Positions 38,840 to 51,500 of a stretch of 64,000 bases of DNA are shown here, in pieces. Source of the stretch: Phallusia mammillata. Its lineage: Eukaryota. Positions within the stretch are counted from its first letter, which is position 1. The number at the start of each line of letters is the position of its first letter. The notes beneath the pieces are model-generated. The model was given only the letters and a program-made list of their open reading frames with translations. It did no database searches and was not told the origin of the DNA. The stretch lies in NCBI GenBank assembly GCA_965637545.1, contig OZ281500.1, positions 12,400,001 to 12,464,000 of the forward strand. Reading direction: 5' to 3'. Position numbers and translations under genes: made by a program.

Positions 38840-39952
38840 ATGGTAAGAACGTTTAAAAGGAAGACGACAGGAGAGTATGCTTCAAGCGACCAAATGAAAA
38901 AAGCTGTTTTGGCAGTTATTGAAGATGGATACTCGCACAGACAGAGTGCCATTGAGCACGGAGTTAATCGCTCAACCCTATCAGATTATGTCCGACGACA
39001 TAAAAAAATGTGGTGCATTGGCCTCATATTCTCCTAATTTTAAACAGAAAAAGATTTTTCGCAGGAAAAGTCGTTGGCGGATTACTTGCTAAACTGTTCA
39101 AAAATGTTTTATGGTTTGACTCCAAAAGCGACTCGCCGATTGGCACAAGAATACGCAAATGAAAAAGGTCTCGACATAAAATTTTACAGAAAGAACCCCA
39201 AGGGGTCACGTCTAAAACTGCGGGCCCACTTGGCCCGCTAGGCCCAGCACTTGGCACGCCCCATGCAATAGAAAAAACTGCGGGCCCACAGTTTTTATAT
39301 TTGCGAGAGACGCAACAAGCACTGTATATAATGGACCCGTGGTTTTTCCCTGCGAGAGACGCGACATGCACGGGATATAGTGGCCCGCAGTTTTTCCTTG
39401 CGAGAGGCGGGCCAAGCACTAGATATAGGGGGCCCGCAGTTTTTTAATTGCATGAAGCGAGCCAAGTGCGTGACCGACCCCAAAGCAGTGAATTCATTCG
39501 TTGAGCCGCTAGTAGAAGACATCCACGTCGTGGAAAGTAACCGGGTTGTCATGGTTCTGCCAAATCCCGTATCAGTCGTGGGATCCAAAAGGCAAATGAG
39601 TGCCCTAAGATTTCCCATCAACCTTTCCTGTTTTAACATGCGCTAAAGTGCCAGCTTAGCCTAGTCGACTTGTATATCAGATGATTCGTTATTATTTCGT
39701 TTGTCGTTTTTACCAAATGTGTCGAATAAAACAAAAAAACGTATACTGTCCGAGGTAACCCCGGCCATGTCCGATGTTACCCCGGTACCGGGGCAACATC
39801 GGACTCTTGAGAGCCTTAGGAATTTGTCCTTTTACATGCATTAGTTTGCTTTGGCAACGACACTCCTACCCTTTTTCGGCAAAGGATCACCCTTTACAAC
39901 AAACCAAAATTTAAATTAAAAAAAACGTCCGAACCATCCCCGGTCTCCCCTA
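38840..39952 (+). mobile_element. Decayed pogo/Tigger (CENP-B-type) transposon derivative lacking the DDE domain
   Basis: MVRTFKRKT...MKKAVLAV..GYSHRQSAIEHGVNRSTLSDYV (HTH_psq-like), then frameshifted LADYLLNCSKMFYGLT...RRLAQEYA (CENP-B HTH-like). C-terminal tail EDIHVV...LPNP...RFPINL. Repeated CCCCGG motifs and terminus ...CCCCGGTCTCCCCTA. Confidence 0.75.
39203..39476. mobile_element. Small foldback-type insertion with ~49-bp tandem subrepeats, inside the pogo remnant
   Basis: Ends GGGTCACG / CGTGACCG; flanks ACCCCAAG / ACCCCAAA; inverted arms ~39247-39287 vs ~39430-39470; tandem units start at 39283, 39333, 39382 and 39431. Confidence 0.65.
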
Positions 39953-42541
39953 CAGCTACTGCGTTTTTTTACGGTTGCTTCCCCCCTCTGATTAATATTT
40001 TAGCGTATATTCCACCGCTAGGTTTTGCAGCTGTGACTTGATGCCACTTTACCATCATGTGTTACTATGTGTGTTGCGTCCAAGTGCACGTGAACAAAAT
40101 ACAATACGAATACGAATCTAGAAAACACAAGTCGCGATGCCTCCAAGTGCAAAATATTTAGAGTATTTTTTTCAGCTGCCGTGTTGTAAAAGTTGATTGA
40201 AAGCAGGGGTCACCAAACCAGTTTGATAAGGAAATTCTACTAACGTACGGTAAGAATTCAAAACAGAAAACTTTGAATACCGATGTACGGCGCAATTAAG
40301 AGCATTAACGAATAGCGTTATTTAAAACCAAAATTGTGTGTAAATGCTGACACGTATCGGGTTGGGGTGAGCTTTACAATAAAATACCAATAAACCCAAC
40401 TTATAAACTTAGTTCCCTTTAGTTGAAAACATCCTACCACAATAGGCAATGTTGGCGGGTTCGATACATCACTTTGACCTTTGTCTAAAAATGCTGGTGA
40501 GCATAGCATTTTTCATCCTGTTAGTAATTCCCTTTACCGTTAAAGCTCATTTTACCGTTATGACTCGTCGTCAAATCGATGTTGGTCGGTGTGATCTGTT
40601 CGACAAGTTTGTCTCAACTGCTTATTATGTTGGTATGTTTAATTCCTGTGCTTATATGCTATCACGTATATGCTGGAGTTTTACTGTTTGCGAAATATTA
40701 TGTTTTATCGGACGAATGGTGTCGCCATGATCTAATTATTGACTTAATAGCCTGTTTTTATTTATTTGACCGATAAAAAAACTCACAGACCTGCGTACAT
40801 CGTATCAGAAAGCATTGCAGCCTCTTCATAATTATAAGAAACATTCGACTCCACACAATAATTATTTCCTTTAGGCCTATAGATTTTGCAGTACGTCCCA
40901 TCAATAGGTTTGCCACAACGTTGTGGAGTTGTGGTTTGCCACAACTCCTTTTGGAGTTCCACGCCTTTTTGTAATTGCGAAATAATTCTTTTGGTGTGGT
41001 TTAACACAACACAATGTTTTCTTCTCCCGATTAAGTACCCAAAGTATTCGCTTTTGCGAACGCCGTGATACCTATTCACATGCAGTTGTGATACATATTT
41101 TTATGCTAAGTATGTTGAAAAAACACTGCTGAAGTGGATCAACCGAAAATAAGACTTACAAGTACATCTTATCGCCCCAAAACTTGCTTCATTTGTGTTA
41201 AACAAGTTAATTTCTTAGTTGTTTATTTATTTCGTACTACTTTCAAATCACAGTTATTTGTTATGCGCAATACCGTACGTTTGCATTTCATCCTAAAAGT
41301 TGGTCCCATATAAGCTTTTACATTTTTATCCCTTTAAATTTGTACGTACAGTCACCCCGGAAGTAAACTGTTTGCTACGGCTGCTTGGAACACAAAAAAT
41401 CCTTTATGTGGTTTGCCTCAGTGAAAGTGAAATGAGGCAAAGAGCTGTGAATGAGGAGTGCAATGAGGCAAGGAGTGTATAGTTATTTAAGCTATATATG
41501 CTCATACGTTTGCAAAAAAGGAGCAAACGGGGAGAAAAAACATTGTTTAGGAACTCTTGCGTGTTGATTCGTGTAAGTTTGAACTTTAAACCAGTGTTTC
41601 GTGTTGTTTTTCTTCAATTCTTTTCGTACTACCCTTTTCAACTATACAGCGATGCAATGCCTATTGCGTCAACCGAAAATTCAACCGAAAAAAAGATATT
41701 TTCAGCAATGGATAAGCCAAATACTTAAGTGACAAAAGCATTGTAGTTTTAGTGACTATATCCAGTTAAAACATATATTCAGTCTTCTATACCTTCAATT
41801 GGCTCTTCTATACTTTCAAAAAGTTTAACTATTTGTTACGGAAAATAACATTGATTTCTTTTAAGAACGTTTAAGAAGGTTGAGCAACAGCGTTTAGTGC
41901 TGAGCTTTTTGTGATTTGTGTTTTGCAATAGACCTATACTGTAACTGTTCAATAGGGCAAGGACCCCAAACATGATAATTTACATTTAAGTGACATCTAC
42001 ATTCGCATTGTGACTTTAGTTGCTTAACTAAATCTTTGGGTAAGTCACTTCGACACGTCTAATAGTTGTGTAGCTCAGATGTAGATACAACAAGCGAAAT
42101 GCATTTATTAGGGGACGTATACAGGTCTTACATGATGAAAAGTTTTACTAATTGGAGGGTATATAATTAAACGGGATGTTGGTTAACAGGTAAAATGACA
42201 GGTTAAAATGGAGAAGCAAACACGAAAATAGAAAAAAGTCAATTCTGCGATTGCGTTGAGCAACAGTGAAGTCAAAATGCCAAAGTTAATGTTCACCTTG
42301 AAAAACGCCGAAACGACAAACTCGTTGATGTTAAACATGAGGGTGGACAAACAGCTCTTTGTATTTTTGAACTTTAGTATCCAGATTAAGATGGCCAAGC
42401 GTGTATGGAGCTGTGTATATAAACTAAAAAACTAGTATGCTGAGTGTATCGTACAGTAGAAAGACATAGCTTCTGCGGAAGGCAATTAAATTGAATTAAT
42501 AGTGGTGCGTGGATATGCTGATGATAGAAAATTTATATGTA

Positions 42542-45500
42542 TTAGATGGTGAATTCGAATTCTCCGGATCCTCCGTTGAAGTAATCGTCATCTGGTGGAA
42601 AGGGCTCTTTACCGCCTCCTATCCGTGATAAAAATATGAGAGTTACATTTGACATGTTTTCCTAATAAAAGTAACAAAAATGCAAAATTATTGAAAGATT
42701 TGTTTCAGCCACTATAGACAAAGTCGAAAAGAAGCGAGGTAGTTTGAAGTCATGCAAATCAAGCCACACCCTCAAAAAGCAAGAGAATGAAACAAACCTG
42801 GAAGGAGATCCTCATCTTTGATCGAACTTGTCTCGCCATCGTCTGCTGTAAAATTGCACGCGACAATTGTTAAATGACAACTCACACCCCACACCCTCAT
42901 TCACATTTAGTCAGTCCTGTCAATTCAAGCCAAGCAAACCGTTGCACATAGTTAGGTAGCGTCGCCACGCGATAATGCATGCTTCCATGGACGTCAAAAG
43001 CCATACAAGGAAGTTTTCATAGGCTTATCTTAACACTCTAAATTAAATTGTTGCGATTGCCCATGATGAATATCTTATTTTAAAACAGACTTGCCTCTGA
43101 AAGGAATTACATCAAATTAAAACTAGAATGGTGGCTTTCTGATATACTTCCATTTTATATATTCTATACGATATTTACCAATTTACTATACACATCATTT
43201 GATCTACACATATGATTGTTTTTGTAAACAAAAACTAATGGGTCCCCACACGCGCGTTTGTGCGGATTTACGGTAAACAAATGTTGCGGTGATTTTTTAA
43301 TTCTTAAGAACAAATTTTTACAAACATTAACCCAACAATAAAAAAATTTGTTTGTATTTTTTTGCACTAATATTGTCGTATAATTACAAAAACATTAAAA
43401 AAGAACGAAACAAATACTTTCAATTTAATCTCTTGCTTTGACCCAGATGTTGTCATCCAAGGTCGGGTTTTAAACACAATTTTTTTCTAGAAAGCTGTAA
43501 CAGTTGTGTTACAGACACATTAAATTAAAAAGCGATTTGCTGCAAGTGTATACATAACAAATTGTTTTTCATTTAACTTTGTTTCGCAAAACGAGTACCA
43601 TTGACCTGTAGTAACCTTTTAGGGTGCACACACCAAACGACTGTTTGGCCTTTTGACACCGTTTTCAATAGCACGCCGTCCTTAGTGTTCAACAACACTG
43701 TCTGACCTAATTTATACATGCCTTGAGTATTTGATTAAAAAAACGCTACGTTATGACGAAAGAAAGTTCTGAACTGTGTTAGTAATACCTACTAATTGAC
43801 CTTAAGTAACTCGTGGTCATGCAGCGGCCAACCTGACAACGAGCATTTAAAAAAAAATTATCTTCCAAAAAAGTCAAGTTTATTTTTTCATATTTAGTCT
43901 GATTAACAAAGTTTTGTTTGACATATACGAAACCGAAGCACGGTTATTAGGTTTAAATCACGTCATAGGTGTGAAACCTTTGCCAAAACTGAAAATGTGA
44001 GTGATAACTTAATAAAACGACATAGCATTGCTGTGCAAAACAGCTGATATCTAATCACCGAAACGACCTCTCGTAAAACGTCTATCCGACGTCAAGCTTT
44101 TGGAGGATCAAGTTCAGATTAATAACTAACATCTGTCCAAATTTGAATAAATTTGAAGCACGCTTTCTTGACCAAACGAGCGTTACAAACGAGCGTTTAA
44201 ACATTTTACGTTTTGGGGGTCTGTGGGTGAACCGCTGGGTCATTTGGGGTCAAATTTCACGGGGACCAAACTAGGATTAATAACTAACATCTGTGCAAAT
44301 TTGAATAAATTTGAAGCACTCTTTCTTAACCAAACGCGTCTAACAAGCCAGCGTTAGACAGAAAAAAGAAAAAAGAAAAAAGAAAAAAGAAAAAAGAAAA
44401 AAGAAAAAAAAAATACGGACAAAAACAATATGTGTCCCCTTCAGGGAAGGGGACCCATAATGACGAAAAGTCATTCTTAAACGCATACTCACAATAATTG
44501 CAAAAGACTACGGTTTTGGTAAAATGTAAAAGCGTGTCACTTTTCCCAACTGTGCCATAACCCTCTCGTAAATTTTATTTTTTAAATATGTTTACTTGTG
44601 TATTGCGCAACGAATTACGTGTCACAGCTTACAAGGGTCAAATTTTTCGTAAGTAATGTGGTAGTAATGATAAGCTTGCTGCAAACAATAATGTTGTTGT
44701 AGGAGAAGTCAAGAAGCTACAAGACTTGCATGCTACAATTAATTTAAATGTTTTGCAGCTGTAAAAAAACTACTGGGTCGAAATCGACTCCTTCGTATTT
44801 CTATTAACTTATTAATCATGCCGTCACCTTATTCTTTTTAAATGGAAAAAGTGAAATGCTAAAATGCCACAACAAACCGGGCAAATAGATTCACGATCAA
44901 ACTAAAACTTTGATCGCAAGCTTTAAATTACCCAAAAAACAAACTCTAAAAAAGTTGCCAACATAATGCAGAAAGTCGCAAACACTTACATCTGTAGGTT
45001 CCCCTTGCGGCAATACAGATCTTCTCTACCAGCATTTCCTGAATGGTTGCTATGGCAGTGTAATCATCAACACTGAAGATGAAATCGGTCAAGGGGCTCG
45101 AGGCAATTTCCTCAAGTTCAACAAGTTCCGCTTCGCCGACGCCGATCGCAAAGATCTTTGCACCTGACCACAAAGACCCAAACACTACGACAAACCAGTC
45201 GAAAAAAGTACAATGGTACCGCTTGTGTTTGTATAAGATAAAATCACAAAACTAGCTTGTCTCGAAATTGACTGGCAAGGGTCCAAAATGCTCGCGGCAA
45301 CTTTATAAGCGTCGCTTGTTTACTTATGTTTATGTACCGGCTTTACTGTTCCGCTTGAAACTGCACTTGATTATATCGTACACGATACTCTGTGGCATAT
45401 GCAATGTTTAACAATAAATAGGCGGTTCAACAATCTGGTTACTTAATAAACGTTACCACGCCAAGTTCAAAGGATAAGGAACGTGTGAACATGTGCTGTA

Positions 45501-48500
45501 AAATATACCAGTGGAATTGTGCAAACGACACTGACCTGCAATACGCAGTTCTTCTGCAGGGATTTTGACGTCATCTTGACTTCTTCCATCAGTGATGACG
45601 ACAGCAACCTACACAAAGATAAAATATTTCACACCAATGTTTCACCTCCTTACCGTAAATGTAAAAAAACGCAAACATTGTGTACTTTTCTGGAATCCCG
45701 ACTGCCTTCTATGTCATTGTAGAGGGCGTGCGCAAACTCAATTGCTTCACCAGTCTCAGTGTTTCCACTTCTGAAGACCAGATTGTCGATTGCATTAAGA
45801 ACAGCTTGTTTGCTGGTCGTTTGTGAGAAATCGAACTCCAAGCTAAACACAAATCATTATAGCTCAAGTAAAGCACCGAACGTGATAAACAACGCGCAGT
45901 GAAGGTATTGATCAACATACTGAGCATTGTCCGTGTATTGGATCATCGCAACTTGTGTTCCGTCGTTGCCAACGTTGTGGAAACCGCTGACAACATTCCT
46001 CAGGAATTCTTTCAGAAGAGAAAAACCGTTCATTCCCACCGATGAACTGCCGTCAATGATGAAGGCCAGGTCTGTCATGGCGTCGATGCATCCCGGGCTG
46101 CTATCACCACGACTCGGGGGCAAACTTGGGGCAACTTAATAAGACCAACCACAGTATGTTAATGTATTTTGAGGTGAGTAAACGACAAGACAGTCGTCTC
46201 AATCCATGGTTCTCGCAAGTCATGCTAATGAACGCAAAATTACAAAAGTATGTGGAATCTTATGGTTCAGTCGATACTGAGATGATTACTGATGGCATAT
46301 TGGCAAGCAAAATCCTCAATCGGTGATCACGCCGGAGTTTTAGAATGAAGTTACACGAGTGGAAAATTGTTCATATCTTTACTTTGGTTCATATTATATA
46401 ACATGCCCAGACGTAAAGATAAAACGATAACCAGGCGAAAGGTCAATCCCTGTGGGATTTACAGATATTAAGGCCACTTAGAGCAAATCTAATAACTATT
46501 CCCATGAACCCTTACATGATGGATTGCATCTTCTCATGCAGTCTAGTTCATTGTCAAATATGTTGCTTCCTCGACAGCGCTTATACGAAAACCAAGAACA
46601 CTTTTGAAGCGCACTATTCCAGTAATATTTTCCCACAACACGGTTATCGCCTTCGGGATTGCAGTTTCCCAAAGGCACAGGTTGACTGCAAATGTCATCA
46701 CCATCACCTACTGATGGGTCTCGCGTTGGTTTTGGTGGCAGTGGCAAGCCTACGTTTTAAGTTCATCGCAAGGGATGCATGAATGACAAGTGAGTTTGAA
46801 TGGCGTTTAGTGGTTATAGAGGCAAATGTTTGATCAAATACCGTTCGTACGTCAGATGTAGCCGTCGAGTCCAATTAGGGCATCAAAAATAGACAAAAAC
46901 ACTATGGTGAGTTGAGAAGCATCTAATCGCTTTATTTTTTTACACATGCACACCTTTGTGACTAAAGATAACACAGGACAACTACATAATTTGAAATTGA
47001 AGCAGTAAATATTGTGATACAAATGATGAAAATTACAAAAAACACAAAGTTTTGACCAATTACACAGATCGAAGTAATTCTTAAATTAACGCATTAATTG
47101 TAACGAAAAAACTTTGTTTTGTGTGGTCGCATTCCGTTTTGTTGTGTCAAGTTCGCGCTGCGCTCAATAAATGGCGACTTATTTCTTCACATCGCCTCGC
47201 GAAGGGCCTGAAAATCAAAGTACGCCAAATGTAGTTTCCATTACTTTGAAGTGACGTTTTCATTATTCGCACAATGTTGTGAATTTTTTATATCTTTGCT
47301 CGTAACGACTTTATATTGATTTTGGTGATGAAGCGTTTTCCTTGGCGCATGACTTAGCGAAGAAAAAGCTTTCAGCCCATGAGAGCTAGCGCTATGGGCA
47401 CGCGGAGGCGATGTGTTGAAATGGGAATGCGAAATGAGCTCTTACACAATGCCTTGCTTCGGTGAATTTTGCGCGTAAAAGCGAATGCCTGCATACTAAA
47501 TGCCAAAGCAAATGCAATATCAGGAAGTATAAGTGTTAGTCGTCTACAAAGAAGCGTCGGTAATTGGTTTATATTACATGAAATTATTTTCAAATTACAC
47601 TGCAGCGCATTAAACAAAACACCATGAAAATTCTACTCTAATTTATGCTGAACTTCAAATTTAAAAAGGTTAGTAATCGTATGCTGAAAAAGTTGCATGT
47701 TAAGTGCAACTAAAATGCCATTGATATAGAACTTGTGGTCGGGTGGAACTTGTTTGACGCTGGGGCGAATGCTACCCAAGATGACAGGCTAAGGCCTTCG
47801 GTGGTGACGCTGTTTTAGTCCATGGTGACGTCGAAAACGAGCAACTGCAAGACGAGAAAGAGCACAAGGGAGTTGCGAGTCATCAACAAAGTCTAATAAA
47901 GTCGCTTGGTGCCACATGACGCCACAAACTGGAGGTCGCAACTCCCGTCTGCTCATTCTCATTTCACCAAAGAATAATTTAACAATCAGGCAACTTAGCT
48001 CGTCAAGAAAATTTACAAGTTTTCTTGCGCCTGCTCGTTTGCGACGTCACGGTGGCACAGCAACGTCAATGGTCGATCGTTAAGAAACACAGCTACTGCG
48101 CACTACTACGAGAAAACCAAGCATACTTTACTCTGTATCGTTTAACAATCACATATTATAATCTTCCAAACCCAATGCCTGGGATTCGCTCACATTTACA
48201 TGACGGTTTGACGGGCTTACGGTTCGGTATATCTTGGCACAATGCTCAATCGCACGTTGCCACGTAACTAAAGGTGTCCTATTTTCACCGTTTACACCAA
48301 CATATTACGAATAAACGTGCAATCACTTACCGGTTGTCACCACAGGTTCACCAGCTTCTGCAAAACATAAACAAATATCGTTTAAGCTTGGTTGAACACA
48401 GATGTTATGATAAGTTTTACATTCGAAGCAATTACTCGTGCAATTTAAAGCGCATGCAAAAGCAATAAACATGCAGTGCTTCAACGGCAACCATTTACAA

Positions 48501-51500
48501 TACAAATTATACTCGGAACACGGAAAACACATATAAAAAAGACAAGAAATAAAAGCATCATATTTTGTAAAGTCAGAAGTATCATACGCTCACAATTTTC
48601 TAAAAACATGCAACAGGTCACGAAGTCATTCATTTATCGATACGTTTGTCGAGTAAAAAGCAAAATCTACCTATATTAAGTTATTTTTGAAATCGGGAAA
48701 ACAGAAGTTAAACAGTTAGGTACCCATGTTACAGAATACAGTATGCTTTTAATTAAACACCACAGTTAAATACAATGGCACCAATTATGTAAACCATACA
48801 CGGGTATAATCATATAAACGAGGTGATTCTAAAATCATAGAGCGTCTAAAATTCAAAAGTATAATACTGGACGCAAGTTGCTGTTACTGTCCACAGGAGC
48901 AACCAATAAATACAGCTTCCTTGGGATTAAACATATGTTAATTCAAGTTAAAAAACAGACGCTTCCTTACGTGCGTTTGTCGCTACCCATGCAATTAAAT
49001 GGCTGATTCTGACAGCTACGCACTAATTGACAAAGCTGATTGACAACTGCATCATACTTTACCTGCAAGTATTGCGTCGATACCAGCACACGTGTTTTCA
49101 ACAATGTTGGCGATAACGCTTTCCAAGGTTGCAAAATCACCAACATTGAAGACGTGGCCGTTACTGCTGAAATCTAACAACTCTTCGTTGTCGACTTTGT
49201 CGCCAACACCAACTGAAAACATCATGTGGAAATTGGCTCTTGCATCTTCGATTGCAGCTTCGTTGCGGTCATCACTAGCATCCCCATCAGTCATAGTGAT
49301 AAGAATTTTGAACGATCCATCGCGCATCTCGGGTACGACTTCGTCATTGACAAACTGGATGGCGGTGTATGTCTTAGTGCCAGAACGCATTTGCTCAATG
49401 GCTTTAACTTGCTCCTCGATTTCGCTAATGTTAGTTTCGACGTTTTGGTGAACTTCAATGTTGCTACGTTCTGAATACTGCACTACGTCGACGTGCAAAG
49501 GAATTGAACGCATTCCGGGCTTAAATCGATCAACGGCAAGAAGAATCCAGTCCTTGACACTTACAAACTCTTCTCGACCGATTGAGTCACTTCCATCGAC
49601 GAGGAAAGCAACATCAACAGGATATTCTTGACATGTGTTCGGGGGTTCTTGGGGCGGTGCTACATTACACAATACACATGCATCAACCTTACCGTGACGA
49701 ACTGAAGCACTGGTTCACGCGAGACCAGCAGTTACCGGCAGTTACAAGCTGCACCGGTAATAAGCATCATGCAATGTGAATTTAATCAGTATCAGTGGTT
49801 TTACCATTCAGCGCACCACAACATTGATACAAAAAATTTCATAGTGGCTGTTTTTTTGGTCCAAACAAATTACGTACCTTTTTATCACAACATAATAAAC
49901 GGGTAAATATTGTTTGGTTGACAGCACCGCACTAAAGCATACTAGCTATATTTGAACAAGCGACATAATATTACTCTTGTATATTATGAGCGCATCAAAT
50001 TAAGCCCCAAACCCAAAATCATTGCTGAAACTGAAGGTTCGCCGGAGACAACTTACCGCATTCTGCAAAACAATATAAAGTGGCATCAGTAAATGATTTT
50101 AGTCCAACATAAAATTGTGGGAATAGTTTTACGTTAACTGTTGGGTTTCATCTAAATTGGATTACCTGCTGGCAGCAGCTCACGCACAATCTCCGCAATG
50201 ATTGGACGGAGTTGATTGAGGTCAAGTTCGCCAGGGGGTCCACGGGGGCCTGTTTGACCCTGCGGAAAATAGCATTAGTCAATACTGAACTTATAAAATA
50301 GGAAAGCATTAGCATTCCAAACCTGTGGGCCTTGTACTCCTGGAACACCCTGTGCCCCATCAGTTCCATCTGATCCATCGGCGCCTGAATCACCCTGTCA
50401 TCCAAATATTTGCGTGAGGAAGGCAAAGATCAGTAGACGTGAAAACAACAATGGGCGTTTACCTTTCCACCACGGTTGCCCTGAATGCCAGGTCTACCTG
50501 GAACGTCTGACGGTTCACCCTTCTCTCCTTTGAATCCCCGCTCGCCCTGACATTTACGATCGTTACCGATTTCAATAGATCTGAAAGTATGACCTGAATA
50601 CCTGTGGGCCTTCTGGACCTCTCTCTCCACGGAGACCATCTCGTCCAGGGAAACCTTGCTCGCCAGGGACTCCATTCTCGCCCTGCAATAAAATGCCGAT
50701 CACTTTGGTTTGGTTTCAAGGCATTAGGGAGTCATTGTCGTTGAAGTTGAGATTTTACCTCAGTTGAAAAGTAACTACCGAGGGTGTTCACATTTTAGCG
50801 CACTTATAAAAAGATTCGTTAAAGTTTAGTACTGTTATATCAGCTGTGTTGTAACATTGTGCCCACACGGTAATGATAGTAGTTTAATCGTATCCGCCCT
50901 AAACCGCAGTAAGAGAGGAAACCATTCCATTACGACGGAAAGCGTCTGTTCCGTGCAAATGTCAAATCCCACGCACTAACTTTGGACGAATGTGTGACGA
51001 ACGTGCCGCAGCAAGAGAATCGACGCTTGAGCAAATCGGTTGATGACCTCACTAAAATATGTAAGCGGCGACGCTAAGGCGGCCTCTGCAGCCGTTTATA
51101 CCTCTATGATATATTGCGTAGTTTAGCAGTAATCGTTTGTCTGATCTGAGCACAGTTTTACCTTTTGTGTGGGCTCATTAGGTATAAAGTTCATTTTGTT
51201 TAAACAAACTTTTTTAGGAAAAAAGGCAACATGCTCTCAGTTTGCAATTTAAAAATAATCATTTTTTGGTAAACTTACCCTTTCACCGATTTCTCCACGT
51301 TCTCCTCTTGGTCCTTGAACACCTTGCGGACCCTTGAAGGTTAAAAAGGTGCATTAAAATAAAAAACAAAAACAGGACACAGTATTTTACGCTTGACAAA
51401 ACGATGTGGTTGTTCAATCATGATTACAGGGATTACAAAACTCACCCGAGAACCTTCGGCTCCATCGACACCGGGAATTCCATCAGGGCCCTGCAAGTCA

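Noticed and set aside
39024-39646. Several overlapping 67-131 aa ORFs
   Set aside because: They arise from the GC-rich foldback repeat and the pogo tail and are not independent genes.
47820-47885. Signal-peptide-like MTRNSLVLFLVLQLLVF as the start of a separate Kunitz-vWA gene
   Set aside because: An in-frame TAA follows after 22 codons and there is no suitable phase-1 donor; the hydrophobicity reflects the polypyrimidine tract.
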